64,000 nucleotides of DNA from a bacterium (GCA_037134655.1 JBAXLR010000002.1:6888-70887); one strand, 5' to 3'; positions 46,345 through 55,587 are shown, counted from the first letter of the stretch. The notes: generated by a model not told the origin, from the letters alone. Numbers and translations are program-made.

Positions 46345-47375
46345 GATGCATTCTGCTCGTTAGTGGTACCAGTTGGTGGATTTGGCTGACTGTTTTCCAG
46401 AGCCTCCCAGTCGTTTAAATGCTTTTGCATAATTTGCTTTGATAACCCATACCGTTCAAACGTGTCAGGTCTACCGTCGGCTATCAGTAGTTTGGCCAAA
46501 AAATTCTCAAGCTGTGGATTTCCTTGGTTTCGACGACCCCAGTCATGAAGGGCCTGGATCGCTAACGACAATTCTCCGGAGCTTATATAGGCGGTCGCGA
46601 GGTCGAGATTTAATAACGTCGAGGTTGGTGCAATGGCTTTGAGTTTTTCAAGGAAGCGGACTGCTTGAGTTGGCATCCGATTGCTCAGGTAAAACCAGGC
46701 GCAAAGAGCAAGCATAGCCGGATTTTTAATATGAATTTTGCATTGTTCCAGTAGTTTTGATTCCGCTTCTTTGAACATGTTTAGGGACAGTAGCAATTGC
46801 GTAACGGCTGACAAGGCCAGCGGCATGGCAAGATGGTTACTCATGAGACGTTCTAAGATTTCAATCTTTTGACTTTGATTGCCCTCGTCCACCAAAGACG
46901 CAACCTTGCGTAGAGCAGCCATTGGTGGTTGTTCCCAGTGGCTTATCATCTGGGCGAACGCGGTATTAAAGTTATTGGCTGTTAGTGGTTTAGGGCAAGG
47001 TGTGACCTGAAATATCTTTTCGTAAATAATAAGATCAGTTTGATTTGAGCTAGAACACAGCACGAGTGTTGGAGTTAGTCTAGCTCTGGGGTTTTTGAAT
47101 AAAACTCTTAAGATCTCTGTCGCGGGAAGCGTTGGTGAGTCAACGATGATAAAGCTACTGACCCTGTTTGTTAAACGAAGTTCGAGAAGTTCCTCCACTT
47201 TGACGGATACGCCGGTAATTTGCCAAGATTTCAAACGCAGGAGCTCTTTAAAGATTAGTAAGAGTCCTTTTTCGTCGCAGATCATGCCAACGGTTTTTTC
47301 TGACCAATGGTTTAGTGCTACACTTACGGCCATAAGTATCCGCGCCCCCTCAGCATTTAGTAATTTGCCTTGCAT
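46341..47375 (-). CDS. Pseudo-receiver (CheY-like) plus TPR protein
   Basis: The N-terminal ~140 aa show a receiver-like pattern (ILMAVS / FIIVDSPTLP / TLVLCSSS / CPKPL) but lack the N-terminal acidic pair. The C-terminal half is TPR-like (AVRFLEKLKAIAP..., AIQALHDWGRRNQGNP). Confidence 0.55.
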   Translation of the reverse strand: MQGKLLNAEGARILMAVSVALNHWSEKTVGMICDEKGLLLIFKELLRLKSWQITGVSVKVEELLELRLTNRVSSFIIVDSPTLPATEILRVLFKNPRARLTPTLVLCSSSNQTDLIIYEKIFQVTPCPKPLTANNFNTAFAQMISHWEQPPMAALRKVASLVDEGNQSQKIEILERLMSNHLAMPLALSAVTQLLLSLNMFKEAESKLLEQCKIHIKNPAMLALCAWFYLSNRMPTQAVRFLEKLKAIAPTSTLLNLDLATAYISSGELSLAIQALHDWGRRNQGNPQLENFLAKLLIADGRPDTFERYGLSKQIMQKHLNDWEALENSQPNPPTGTTNEQNAS

Positions 47376-47434
47376 CTATTATATGGCTTTGCGCACGCAG
47401 TTGTAAGGTGTCGGATCAGTGGCTTACTTCGATG

Positions 47435-47462
47435 GAATAGCGTCAAATAGCTGACGCTATTC
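47435..47462 (-). terminator. Perfect 11-bp-stem hairpin downstream of the 124-aa gene (no U-tract)
   Basis: GAATAGCGTCA-aatagc-TGACGCTATTC lies 42 nt after the stop at 47504. No T-run follows on the minus strand, so terminator function is uncertain. Confidence 0.35.
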
Positions 47463-47503
47463 AATGGACTTTAAAGTCGCGTGTATGAATGTGACGGCGC
47501 TGT

Positions 47504-47878
47504 TTATGGCCAATCTAAATAAGAACTACTGATAGGAGCGTCATCGTCTGGCTCAACTTGGGGAGAAGTTGATTTGATGCTCAGATTTTCGGCGTTTTTT
47601 TGCTCAAATATCATGTCGTAGTGGGAGATGAAAGTGGTCTGGCCTTCTTCATTTTCAACCTGCAAAACATTGGGATGGCGGGGGTTGATCCGTTTAACGG
47701 TGACCTCGTCGCCGGCTTGAAAGTGATCGCTCCGGCGCGTTTTAAGTTCGACTCGGTCTGTTGGCATGGCGCTATGCAACTTTGGCGGGGGGACGCGGCG
47801 AATTTTTTGTTGTTGTCCCTGGGTGTCTATGTAGGAGACCACATAGGGTTTTCGGTCAAATTTTATTGGAGCCGACAT
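47504..47878 (-). CDS. Hypothetical protein (124 aa)
   Basis: This is an intact ORF. The only SD-like element (GGGGG) lies within the upstream hairpin. I recognised no family. Confidence 0.45.
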   Translation of the reverse strand: MSAPIKFDRKPYVVSYIDTQGQQQKIRRVPPPKLHSAMPTDRVELKTRRSDHFQAGDEVTVKRINPRHPNVLQVENEEGQTTFISHYDMIFEQKNAENLSIKSTSPQVEPDDDAPISSSYLDWP

Positions 47879-47916
47879 TAAAGTAAAACCCCCAAAGATT
47901 AATTCACTTTGGGGGT
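47879..47916 (-). terminator. Intrinsic terminator-like hairpin abutting the 124-aa gene start
   Basis: The minus strand reads ACCCCCAAAG-tgaattaat-CTTTGGGGGT followed by TTTTACTTTA and then ATG. Confidence 0.5.
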
Positions 47917-48015
47917 CTTCGGATTTTTACAAATTAAAGTTAGGCAAATTTTACCGAGCATTTGATAAGGTGCGAAAAAGTCATCAAAATGCCGGTCGAT
48001 GCGGGGGTATACCCA

Positions 48016-48252
48016 TCAGATAATTTCACGACCTGCAATGAAACCAGTGCTTCTCGTGTTGCATCCGCATGTGCGATTACCTGCTGACTCAAACAGCATC
48101 CCACAAGCAATGCATGCACGAACTTTTATGCGGATTGGCGAGAGGTTAGCTAGCCTTCGCGCGTGGTTTTTTAGTTCAATATCTTTGACAACAGAAGGCG
48201 GCAATTTCTTGACCTTGTTGCCGCTGGCATCGGTGGTTGTTTCAAATTCCAT
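48016..48252 (-). CDS. Small Cys-rich (zinc-ribbon-like) protein
   Basis: A GGAGG RBS lies 7 nt upstream of ATG 48252 (MEFETT). CIACG...CGC is a CxxC/CxC arrangement. Confidence 0.5.
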   Translation of the reverse strand: MEFETTTDASGNKVKKLPPSVVKDIELKNHARRLANLSPIRIKVRACIACGMLFESAGNRTCGCNTRSTGFIAGREII

Positions 48253-48446
48253 TATGACCCTCCTCATGCAATTGATTACAGAGACGAACGTCTGGACCGG
48301 AACGGGCTGAAATCTTCAGCGAATATCTAAAAACTTGTTTCGAAGCCCAAAATAGGGGCGTAAGATACACCGGCGCACACTTTAAGTCAATATTTTAATA
48401 GATTTATTAAAATTTATAAGAATTTATAAATAAATCAGGAACTTCC

Positions 48447-49751
48447 ATGGTCATGCTACCCCAAGAAATTATCCGCAAAAAGAGGCGGGGCCTCGTGCTT
48501 TCCCCGGAGGATATACGCGGTTTTTTTGTCGGTTTTCTTAAGGGTGAAGTCGCGGACTATCAAGTTGCTGCCATGCTTATGGCCATAGTGCTCCGCGGCA
48601 TGACCAGGGATGAAGCATCAGCTTTGACTCTGACCATGCGCGATTCAGGAGAAGTTTTAACTTGGTCTGGATCCAAGGACGACATTGTCGATAAACATAG
48701 CACGGGTGGTGTTGGCGACAAGACAAGCCTTATCATTATGCCTCTTTGTATTCTTGAGGGTCTGAAAGTACCCATGATTGCGGGGCGAGGACTCGGTCAC
48801 ACTGGTGGCACTTTGGACAAGCTGGAGTCAATTGATGGGCTGAAAGTCTACCTGACGTCCCAAGAGGCAGAAATGTTACTGAAGAAAAACGGCGGTGTCT
48901 TTATGGGACAAACCGAGCAGATCGCTCCGCTCGATAAACGTTTGTATGCCTTACGAGACGTCACGGACACGGTAGAAAGTGTGCCCTTGATCACAGCCTC
49001 GATTCTTAGCAAAAAGCTTGCTGAAGGAATCGGAAGCTTGGTGATGGATGTGAAGTTTGGTTCTGGCGCTTTCATGCAGGATAAAAACGATGCCCTGGCG
49101 TTGGCTGAATCTATTTCTTCTGTAGGCAAAGCCAGTGGTTTGCATGTTCGTTGCGCGCTAACCGATATGGGAAGCCCGCTGGGCGATCGTGCTGGCAATA
49201 GTTTGGAGGTTGCTGAATGCGTAGAGGTACTGCGTGGTTCAGGCCCCGCTTCAACGCGCGATCTGTCTATTCAGCTTGCCACTGAAATGGTGCTGTTGGC
49301 CCGCCCCAGCGAGTCACGAGACGCAGTGGTTGCTCGCCTTAGTTCTCATCTGGATTCCGGCCGGGCATTTGAGGTTTTTTCGAGAGTTGTGGTGGCGCAG
49401 GGCGGAGATTTACGTCAAGTTGAGGACCCAGAAAAATTACCCAAAGCGAAGTACGTTAGAGAGATTTGTGCCACAAAAAGTGGAGTCATTGCGGACTGCG
49501 ATGTGCGTGAGTTGGGACTCGCGATTGTAGAATTGGGTGGCGGCCGTCGTCGTGCCGCTGATAAGGTAAACCACGCGGTTGGGTTATCAAGTTTGAAGAG
49601 AGTTGGTGATAGAATCTCCGCAGGTGATGTTTTGGCTCTGATCCATGCTGATAACTTGGATAGGGTTGACTCGGTTTCAAAACGGATAGCCTCGGCTTAC
49701 GTATTGAAAGAAACGGCTAAGGCGGAGTCGCTTATTTGGCGATTTGTTTAA
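48447..49751 (+). CDS. deoA: Thymidine (pyrimidine-nucleoside) phosphorylase
   Basis: DKHSTGGVGDKTS is present and family similarity runs the full length (434 aa). Confidence 0.9.
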   Translation: MVMLPQEIIRKKRRGLVLSPEDIRGFFVGFLKGEVADYQVAAMLMAIVLRGMTRDEASALTLTMRDSGEVLTWSGSKDDIVDKHSTGGVGDKTSLIIMPLCILEGLKVPMIAGRGLGHTGGTLDKLESIDGLKVYLTSQEAEMLLKKNGGVFMGQTEQIAPLDKRLYALRDVTDTVESVPLITASILSKKLAEGIGSLVMDVKFGSGAFMQDKNDALALAESISSVGKASGLHVRCALTDMGSPLGDRAGNSLEVAECVEVLRGSGPASTRDLSIQLATEMVLLARPSESRDAVVARLSSHLDSGRAFEVFSRVVVAQGGDLRQVEDPEKLPKAKYVREICATKSGVIADCDVRELGLAIVELGGGRRRAADKVNHAVGLSSLKRVGDRISAGDVLALIHADNLDRVDSVSKRIASAYVLKETAKAESLIWRFV

Positions 49752-49783
49752 TTCGAAAAAGTATTTTCGCAAAGGGATCTTAA

Positions 49784-50320
49784 ATGTCAATCGAACACAA
49801 AACGCTAAAGTTCAAGCCACTTCACGATGAAGCCGCAATCAAATCGCGAGTGAGTCAGCTGGGCCAAAAAATAACGAAAGATTTAAATGGCCAAGAATTG
49901 GTGGTGGTTGTCGTGTTGAAGGGCGCATTTATGTTTGCTGCGGATTTGGTCAGGGAAATCAAAGTACCCGTTGTCGTCGATTTTATTGGTTGTGCCAGTT
50001 ACAACGGCACAAAGACAACGGGAACGGTTAAAATCACGCAAGATCTTTCCACAGATATTACTGATAAGAATGTGCTATTAGTTGAGGATATTGTCGATAC
50101 GGGTCGGACTCTTGATTACCTGTTACGGATCTTGTCTGAGCGCCGTCCAAAATCATTGAGACTTTGCACTTTGCTTAACAAGCCTGAAGCCCGAGAAGTT
50201 GACGTCAATGTCGACTACTATGGTTTTTCCATTTCAAAAGAATTCGTGATTGGCTACGGCCTAGACCTAGATCAGAAATTCAGGGAGCTATCTTATATTG
50301 CCCAAGTGCAATCGACTTGA
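49784..50320 (+). CDS. hpt: Hypoxanthine phosphoribosyltransferase
   Basis: It has the PRPP-binding motif LLVEDIVDTGRTL and is 178 aa. Confidence 0.9.
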   Translation: MSIEHKTLKFKPLHDEAAIKSRVSQLGQKITKDLNGQELVVVVVLKGAFMFAADLVREIKVPVVVDFIGCASYNGTKTTGTVKITQDLSTDITDKNVLLVEDIVDTGRTLDYLLRILSERRPKSLRLCTLLNKPEAREVDVNVDYYGFSISKEFVIGYGLDLDQKFRELSYIAQVQST

Positions 50321-50345
50321 AGGGTTAACCTAAGTCGTTTCTGGA

Positions 50346-50645
50346 TTAGTTTATTTGATCTTTTTCGCGGCTGGTGGATAGTTTCTTAAGATCGGCCATC
50401 AGGGTGTTTATGCGCTCAAGGCTGGAACGAATCTTTTGTAATCGATCGCCAAAGTCTTCAGAGGCTTGAACTGGTTGTGCTCGGTCGCTTGTCCCGGAAA
50501 CGCTTCCTTTGTCTGAATTTACAAAGAGTGGTTTTCTAGCTCTTGAAAACTCGTTGTTGATCTCCTGTTTGTTTTTAAACGCGGAGAAGTCAAGAATTTT
50601 GCCTTCTTTGGTAATTTCTGTGGGATTTGACGGGGTGGATGACAT
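50346..50645 (-). CDS. Hypothetical small acidic/Ser-rich protein
   Basis: An AAGGA RBS lies 8 nt upstream of the ATG. I recognised no family. Confidence 0.4.
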   Translation of the reverse strand: MSSTPSNPTEITKEGKILDFSAFKNKQEINNEFSRARKPLFVNSDKGSVSGTSDRAQPVQASEDFGDRLQKIRSSLERINTLMADLKKLSTSREKDQIN

Positions 50646-50729
50646 GATGGGTTCCTTAACAGCGACAGATGGAGTTACAGCTAAAACAACGACGACAACA
50701 GCAAGAACAACAGTGCGAACAACTATGGA

Positions 50730-51035
50730 TCAGTTTTTGATCCGGTAAGACTTTAAAACTGATTGATTAGCTTTTAGGCGCTCTTTCCTCAGGCGCTCCT
50801 GATTCTCGAAATTTCTTTGCATGGCGTCCATAAAAGACTCCTTAGAAGTTTCGGTTTGATCTAAGTCTTTTTGTTCATCTTCAGCGGTAACTTTCTTGTT
50901 ACCAAACAGGGAGACGATATTAGAGGTCGGTTTTTCCATTTGCTTTTCCAAGACGACGTCCTCCGAATCAGCATTTCTAGATCGACTAAAGCCCGGGCGG
51001 GTTGACGCCCATAAACTAACCGAAGCAAAGGGCAT
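50730..51035 (-). CDS. Hypothetical small protein (start uncertain)
   Basis: There is no SD before ATG 51035. The internal ATG 50939 (MEKPTSNIV) is an alternative start. The C-terminal half is charged and helical. Confidence 0.35.
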   Translation of the reverse strand: MPFASVSLWASTRPGFSRSRNADSEDVVLEKQMEKPTSNIVSLFGNKKVTAEDEQKDLDQTETSKESFMDAMQRNFENQERLRKERLKANQSVLKSYRIKN

Positions 51036-51277
51036 GCCACAAGAGGGGTTTTTTAGAGAGCTGGGAAAAGCCTAATTAAATCTAATGAAAACATGTATTT
51101 GACCAAAAAACCTCAGGCCCATTTCAATCACCTCTGTTGGGTAACCTGACAAACTGTCTAGGCCTCCGACACCCACCCAATTCAGCCAGGACAGATCTCC
51201 CGTATTTTGGGGTCCAACCGCGACCATGAGATAATGGGGAGCAACCCCTTTGGGTTCTCCCTAAGTTCTCCATCAAT

Positions 51278-51817
51278 ATGACAAGGCCATCAATATATAT
51301 GAAGCAAGCAACTGATCTGCAGTCTCGTTTTTACACATCCTTTGACGGAAGCGCCTTGTTAAGCTTCGTTCACCGGCTCCTCAACCTTAGTGACGAAGAG
51401 AGGCGGGGGCTCGACTCCTTTTTAGGGGAGGGATTTCATTTTCAAAGCTTTGAATATCAGGCACATGCGCTACCTCTGGCAGTGAATTTGGCAAAATCGT
51501 CCTTTTTACGTCAGGGTGATTTAGTCTTGAATCGATGGAAAAAAGCCATGGAGATCGCCAGAAGTATGGAGCGAGTTAGCTTGATCCCCCCGATGGAGAT
51601 CATCAGTGGCCAAAATTATTTGGCGGTCGTGATGCCAAAAGGACAAGTTTTGGCAAAAAACCAAGAGCGAAAAGTTGACGACCTCTTGCGCGACACTGCC
51701 AAGGCCCTCGGTGATGTAGGCTTGGCGCTTGATGACTATCCTCAGTTGCGCGAGGCCTGCGGCGTCCCATTCATTATTGATTGGTCGGACTTAAACTTTG
51801 TTACTTCACAGCGTTGA
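51278..51817 (+). CDS. Hypothetical protein (179 aa)
   Basis: This is an intact ORF. Its 3' end overlaps the convergent SRPBCC gene by 17 nt. Confidence 0.45.
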   Translation: MTRPSIYMKQATDLQSRFYTSFDGSALLSFVHRLLNLSDEERRGLDSFLGEGFHFQSFEYQAHALPLAVNLAKSSFLRQGDLVLNRWKKAMEIARSMERVSLIPPMEIISGQNYLAVVMPKGQVLAKNQERKVDDLLRDTAKALGDVGLALDDYPQLREACGVPFIIDWSDLNFVTSQR

Positions 51818-52238
51818 TTAACTTCTGAAAGCCATCAAACATGGCCGGCAGATTGGCCTTCGCGATCTGATCCGTAATCATTGACGGTACGAGTCCGCGG
51901 AATCCAACGTCTAGTTTGTAGATCGCGATTGTCTCGTTAGTTGCGCCTGCAGATAGATTCCAGCTGCCATTATTTGTTTTCATAAGGTTGCTGTCCACAA
52001 GGCTCCACCAAATTCTGTTCGGTGCGTCCTCAAAGATTTCGATGGTGTAATAAAAGGTTTTGACGATATTTAGTTCAGTTCTAACCATGCACTTGGCTTT
52101 ACTGCCTGCATTAGGTGGTAGCACTTTTGTGGCTGTAACACCCGGAATGAACTCTGGATAAAGCTCGAATTGTCCAAGGGCTCTAAAAACCTTATTCACG
52201 TCCCCGTTAAATAAGTGCTTCACTTCAAGTTCCGCCAT
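51801..52238 (-). CDS. SRPBCC/START-fold protein (RatA/CoQ10-like cyclase-dehydrase family)
   Basis: It is ~145 aa with the pattern ...YPEFIPGV...W.L... typical of the polyketide_cyc2 family. Confidence 0.65.
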   Translation of the reverse strand: MAELEVKHLFNGDVNKVFRALGQFELYPEFIPGVTATKVLPPNAGSKAKCMVRTELNIVKTFYYTIEIFEDAPNRIWWSLVDSNLMKTNNGSWNLSAGATNETIAIYKLDVGFRGLVPSMITDQIAKANLPAMFDGFQKLINAVK

Positions 52239-52354
52239 GGAAAATCCTCCTTTGCATTGAAAACGATAATTGTATAAACTTATAGAAGGTTAGTACAGGT
52301 TGTAGCTACCGTTGATACCAGATGCTTTAGTTGAATTTGATCCGAGGTGGAGCT

Positions 52355-52609
52355 GAAATGGGAAATGATTCTCAAATGAAGGAATTGGTCGAGTTCGTCG
52401 CCAAGGCCTTGGTGGATGACGTCGGTAAGATTGAAATTACTGAAATTACCGGTAACCAGACAAATGTTATCGAATTGAAGGTCGCCAAGGAAGATATTGG
52501 CAAGGTCATTGGCCGGCAGGGTAAGACTGCAGATGCCATTAGAACGATTCTTAACTGCGCAGCAGCAAAGTTACAGAAGCGATATATTCTTCAAATCATC
52601 GACGAGTAG
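52355..52609 (+). CDS. KH-domain RNA-binding protein (UPF0109/YlqC-like)
   Basis: It has the GxxG loop IGKVIGRQGKTADAIRTIL and is ~85 aa from MGNDSQ. Confidence 0.8.
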   Translation, partial: EMGNDSQMKELVEFVAKALVDDVGKIEITEITGNQTNVIELKVAKEDIGKVIGRQGKTADAIRTILNCAAAKLQKRYILQIIDE

Positions 52610-52612
52610 ACC

Positions 52613-53611
52613 ATGCGTGACGCGGCCAGTGCAGTCCTTGTTGCCGCTGTAGAAGGTATGGTTTTGACTTCCGAAGAAGAACGCTTCTTCCGCGAGGAAG
52701 CACCTGCGGGTGTCACCCTTTTTAAGCGAAACATCCCACAAGAAGATTATACGAAGCTCCAAAAGCTGACCGCCGACCTGCAAGCTACAAGAGGAAATGG
52801 TCAGCCACCTCTTGTCATTGCCATAGATCAAGAGGGCGGACGAGTCGCCAGAATAGGCACGCCCTTTCCCAACTTAGGTCCCGCCATGCAACTGGCCGGC
52901 GGCGGTGTGGATCCGTCGAGTCTTAAAAGCATCGAAAAATATGGCGCCACTGTGGGTGCCGAGCTTAAAAGGCTTGGTGTGAATGTCGACTTTGCACCGG
53001 TGGTTGATATTTTTACAGAGCCATCCAATGTGGCCATTGGTGATCGCTGTTTTGGCACCACAGCTGAGCAGGTAGCACTGCGGGCTGGGGCATTTATGGA
53101 CGGTCTCCAAGGCACTGCTGTCCTGGGCTGTTTGAAGCACTTTCCCGGCCAAGGTGATGCTAGAGTTGAAACCCATGAGGGCACTGCAATTATCAGGGCA
53201 AGTCTCCAGACCCTTCTCACGCGCGAGTTAGAGCCATTTCGCAGACTTATGCCAAAAGCTAAAATGGTTATGATCTCCCATTCCATTTTTCCGGCAATGT
53301 GCGAACGCGAAGCAAGTCGCTCGCAAATTGTAATCATGGATTGGCTCCGAGCGAGACTTGGATTTCAGGGGGTCGTCGTTAGTGATGATATGAATATGGG
53401 AGCTTTACCGCAGGAGATAGACGCCTGGAAGGCTGCGTTGATCGATGCAGTAGCTGCAGGTTGTGACATGCTTTTAGTTTGCCGGCATCTTGAGCGCTGT
53501 AAAATAGCTTTGGAGGCTTTGCGCCATGAGAGTACAAAAAGTCCTGCTTTCAAAAGTCGCTTAGAGGACGCAGCTGAGCGCGTAACAAAGCTTCGAAACT
53601 TTCTGTTTTGA
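52613..53611 (+). CDS. nagZ: Beta-N-acetylhexosaminidase (GH3)
   Basis: It carries IDQEGGRVARI, KHFPGQGD and VVSDDMNMGA. Confidence 0.85.
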   Translation: MRDAASAVLVAAVEGMVLTSEEERFFREEAPAGVTLFKRNIPQEDYTKLQKLTADLQATRGNGQPPLVIAIDQEGGRVARIGTPFPNLGPAMQLAGGGVDPSSLKSIEKYGATVGAELKRLGVNVDFAPVVDIFTEPSNVAIGDRCFGTTAEQVALRAGAFMDGLQGTAVLGCLKHFPGQGDARVETHEGTAIIRASLQTLLTRELEPFRRLMPKAKMVMISHSIFPAMCEREASRSQIVIMDWLRARLGFQGVVVSDDMNMGALPQEIDAWKAALIDAVAAGCDMLLVCRHLERCKIALEALRHESTKSPAFKSRLEDAAERVTKLRNFLF

Positions 53612-53652
53612 TCGCGCGAAAAATACTCAGAGAAAATTAAAGAGCCAGTGGA

Positions 53653-54960
53653 TCAATCAGTGACTCCTTCATTCTCTTGATTTTTACGGACTCTTACGCG
53701 TTCTACCCTGTGCCGTACCACCTGTGACACTTCGCACACGAGAGGACCGATGGTTGTGCTCTGGCCAACTTTTGGCAGATCTCCTGTCACCTGAATCATG
53801 TATCCGGCTACGGTCTCGGCCTCTTGAAGGCCTTCGGCATGAATTTGTGCCGGCGTGATTTCAAAGAAGTCCAGGAATTCGTCTAAATTCATCTGCCCCA
53901 TGACATCGTATATTCCTGGGCTTATTTCGATGATTTTGGCCTGTTCTTCATCGTGCTCGTCTTGAATTTCCCCGACTATTTCCTCGAGCATGTCTTCAAG
54001 TGTAATGAGGCCAGCCGTCCCCCCGTATTCATCAATGACGATAGCCATGTGGGTTTTTGTTCTCTTAAGCTCTTTGAATACATCCATAATCAGTTTTGAT
54101 TCTGGCACTCGTCTTGGTTTTCGCATGAGATGCTGGATTTTTGTGATCTGCATTTTCTCAGGGTTTGCAGCAAATTGTAGCAGGTCTTTGGCCAGAAGGA
54201 TTCCGACTACGTTGTCAATCCTCTCGTCGTAGACGGGAATCCTCGCGTGGCCACTTTCGTAAGCAAGTTTCACGGCTGCATGTAGAGGAGTCTTTAATTC
54301 AATAGCCGTCATGTCAGTCCGTGGTGTCATGATCTCGCGTACTTTGATTTCGTCAAATTCAAACACGCCAGAGATCATATCTTGCTTGGTTTCCTCGAAA
54401 ACGCCTGCTTTTTCTCCGACATTCACCAGAAATTCAAGCTCCTCTTCAGTAATCTGAGGGCCGGGTTGGTGTTTGCCGCCACCAAATAACTCAATCATAG
54501 TTGATGCCAGGTAGCTTAGTCCAATGACTAGCGGCATGGTGCCTCGGTAACAAAAATACACAAACTTCATGGCAGGAACGGCCAGGGCTTCCCCGTAAAT
54601 TTTGCCAATAGTTTTGGGAAGGATCTCGGAAAATATCAAAATGACAAGCGTCGTGAAACCTGTGGCGATCGCAAGAGCGCGATCCTGGAAATACTTATTG
54701 GCATATTCCGTCGCAATAGCTGATGCAAGGATATTTACGGCCGTATTGAATAATAGAATTGTCGAAAGCACACGACTTGGATGATGAAGCCAAAGATTAA
54801 GTTCTTTTGCTTTTTCTCCGCGCGTATCGAGCAAGTGCTTTGCCTTCAGTGAGCCTAAGCCGGTTATTGCGGTCTCTGAACCCGAGAAAAGAGCAGATAT
54901 GATCCCGCAGGCTATGAATCCGACAATCGCAGTTGTGTCGTTAGCAAAAAATTCGTCCAT
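53653..54960 (-). CDS. DUF21-CBS-CorC_HlyC membrane protein (CorC/TlyC hemolysin-like)
   Basis: It has N-terminal TM helices, tandem CBS domains (REIMTPRTDM..., VPVYDERIDNVVGIL) and a C-terminal transporter-associated domain. Confidence 0.85.
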   Translation of the reverse strand: MDEFFANDTTAIVGFIACGIISALFSGSETAITGLGSLKAKHLLDTRGEKAKELNLWLHHPSRVLSTILLFNTAVNILASAIATEYANKYFQDRALAIATGFTTLVILIFSEILPKTIGKIYGEALAVPAMKFVYFCYRGTMPLVIGLSYLASTMIELFGGGKHQPGPQITEEELEFLVNVGEKAGVFEETKQDMISGVFEFDEIKVREIMTPRTDMTAIELKTPLHAAVKLAYESGHARIPVYDERIDNVVGILLAKDLLQFAANPEKMQITKIQHLMRKPRRVPESKLIMDVFKELKRTKTHMAIVIDEYGGTAGLITLEDMLEEIVGEIQDEHDEEQAKIIEISPGIYDVMGQMNLDEFLDFFEITPAQIHAEGLQEAETVAGYMIQVTGDLPKVGQSTTIGPLVCEVSQVVRHRVERVRVRKNQENEGVTD

Positions 54961-54972
54961 AATCTCCCGTTT

Positions 54973-55587
54973 CTACTTTCTTCGTTTCCGCTTTGCACTC
55001 GAGGCTGGAGGCGAAGACTTTTTTGTTTTGTTGTTCTTCAGCCGGCGCGCACAGGCCTCCCATGTGGGTTTACCCGAGCGCCCACCTGCGAAAACTCGCA
55101 TAAGTTTTTTTTGCTCACTGAACATGCGACGTTTTTCGCCAGCCTTCATATGATCATGACCGACTAAATGTAAAATTCCATGAATGACCAGAAAGCAGAT
55201 CTCTTTAGCAAGATCTGATCCTGACTCCATTGCGTTGGACGCCGCATCGCTTGGCGAAATCACCACATCACCGAGGGGCAGTGGATTTAGTATTTTTACG
55301 GCCTGCGCAGGACTTTTTTGTACTTTGGGTGGTCTTTTCCAGTCATATTGTGGAAAGGCGAGAACATCCGTCGATTTGTCTTGTTTTCGGTAACGTTTAT
55401 TGAGTGCGCGCATTTTTAGGGGAGAGACAAATTGGACGCAGATTTCGTATTGGACAACGCCCAAACGTCGCGAGATCTCTGTCACGATGTGAATGATTTT
55501 TTTTCGATCGACCTTGAAACTGCGATGATGATTTGTCACTTGAACGCACGCGACATTCTTGATTGAGAGAGCCACCTTCGTTGTCAC
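54973..55587 (-). CDS. ybeY: rRNA maturation endoribonuclease YbeY with a basic C-terminal extension
   Basis: The zinc motif HGILHLVGHDH is present. An extra ~40-aa tail ends in KKSSPPASSAKRKRRK. Confidence 0.85.
   Translation of the reverse strand: MTTKVALSIKNVACVQVTNHHRSFKVDRKKIIHIVTEISRRLGVVQYEICVQFVSPLKMRALNKRYRKQDKSTDVLAFPQYDWKRPPKVQKSPAQAVKILNPLPLGDVVISPSDAASNAMESGSDLAKEICFLVIHGILHLVGHDHMKAGEKRRMFSEQKKLMRVFAGGRSGKPTWEACARRLKNNKTKKSSPPASSAKRKRRK

Noticed and set aside
51036-51277. 242-nt intergenic region with an imperfect hairpin GGGAGCAACCC-cttt-GGGTTCTCCC just before ATG 51278, considered as a possible small RNA or riboswitch
   Set aside because: I recognised no conserved ncRNA signature (6S, SRP, tmRNA). 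A single hairpin is insufficient. The region is possibly just the 5'-UTR structure of the 179-aa gene.
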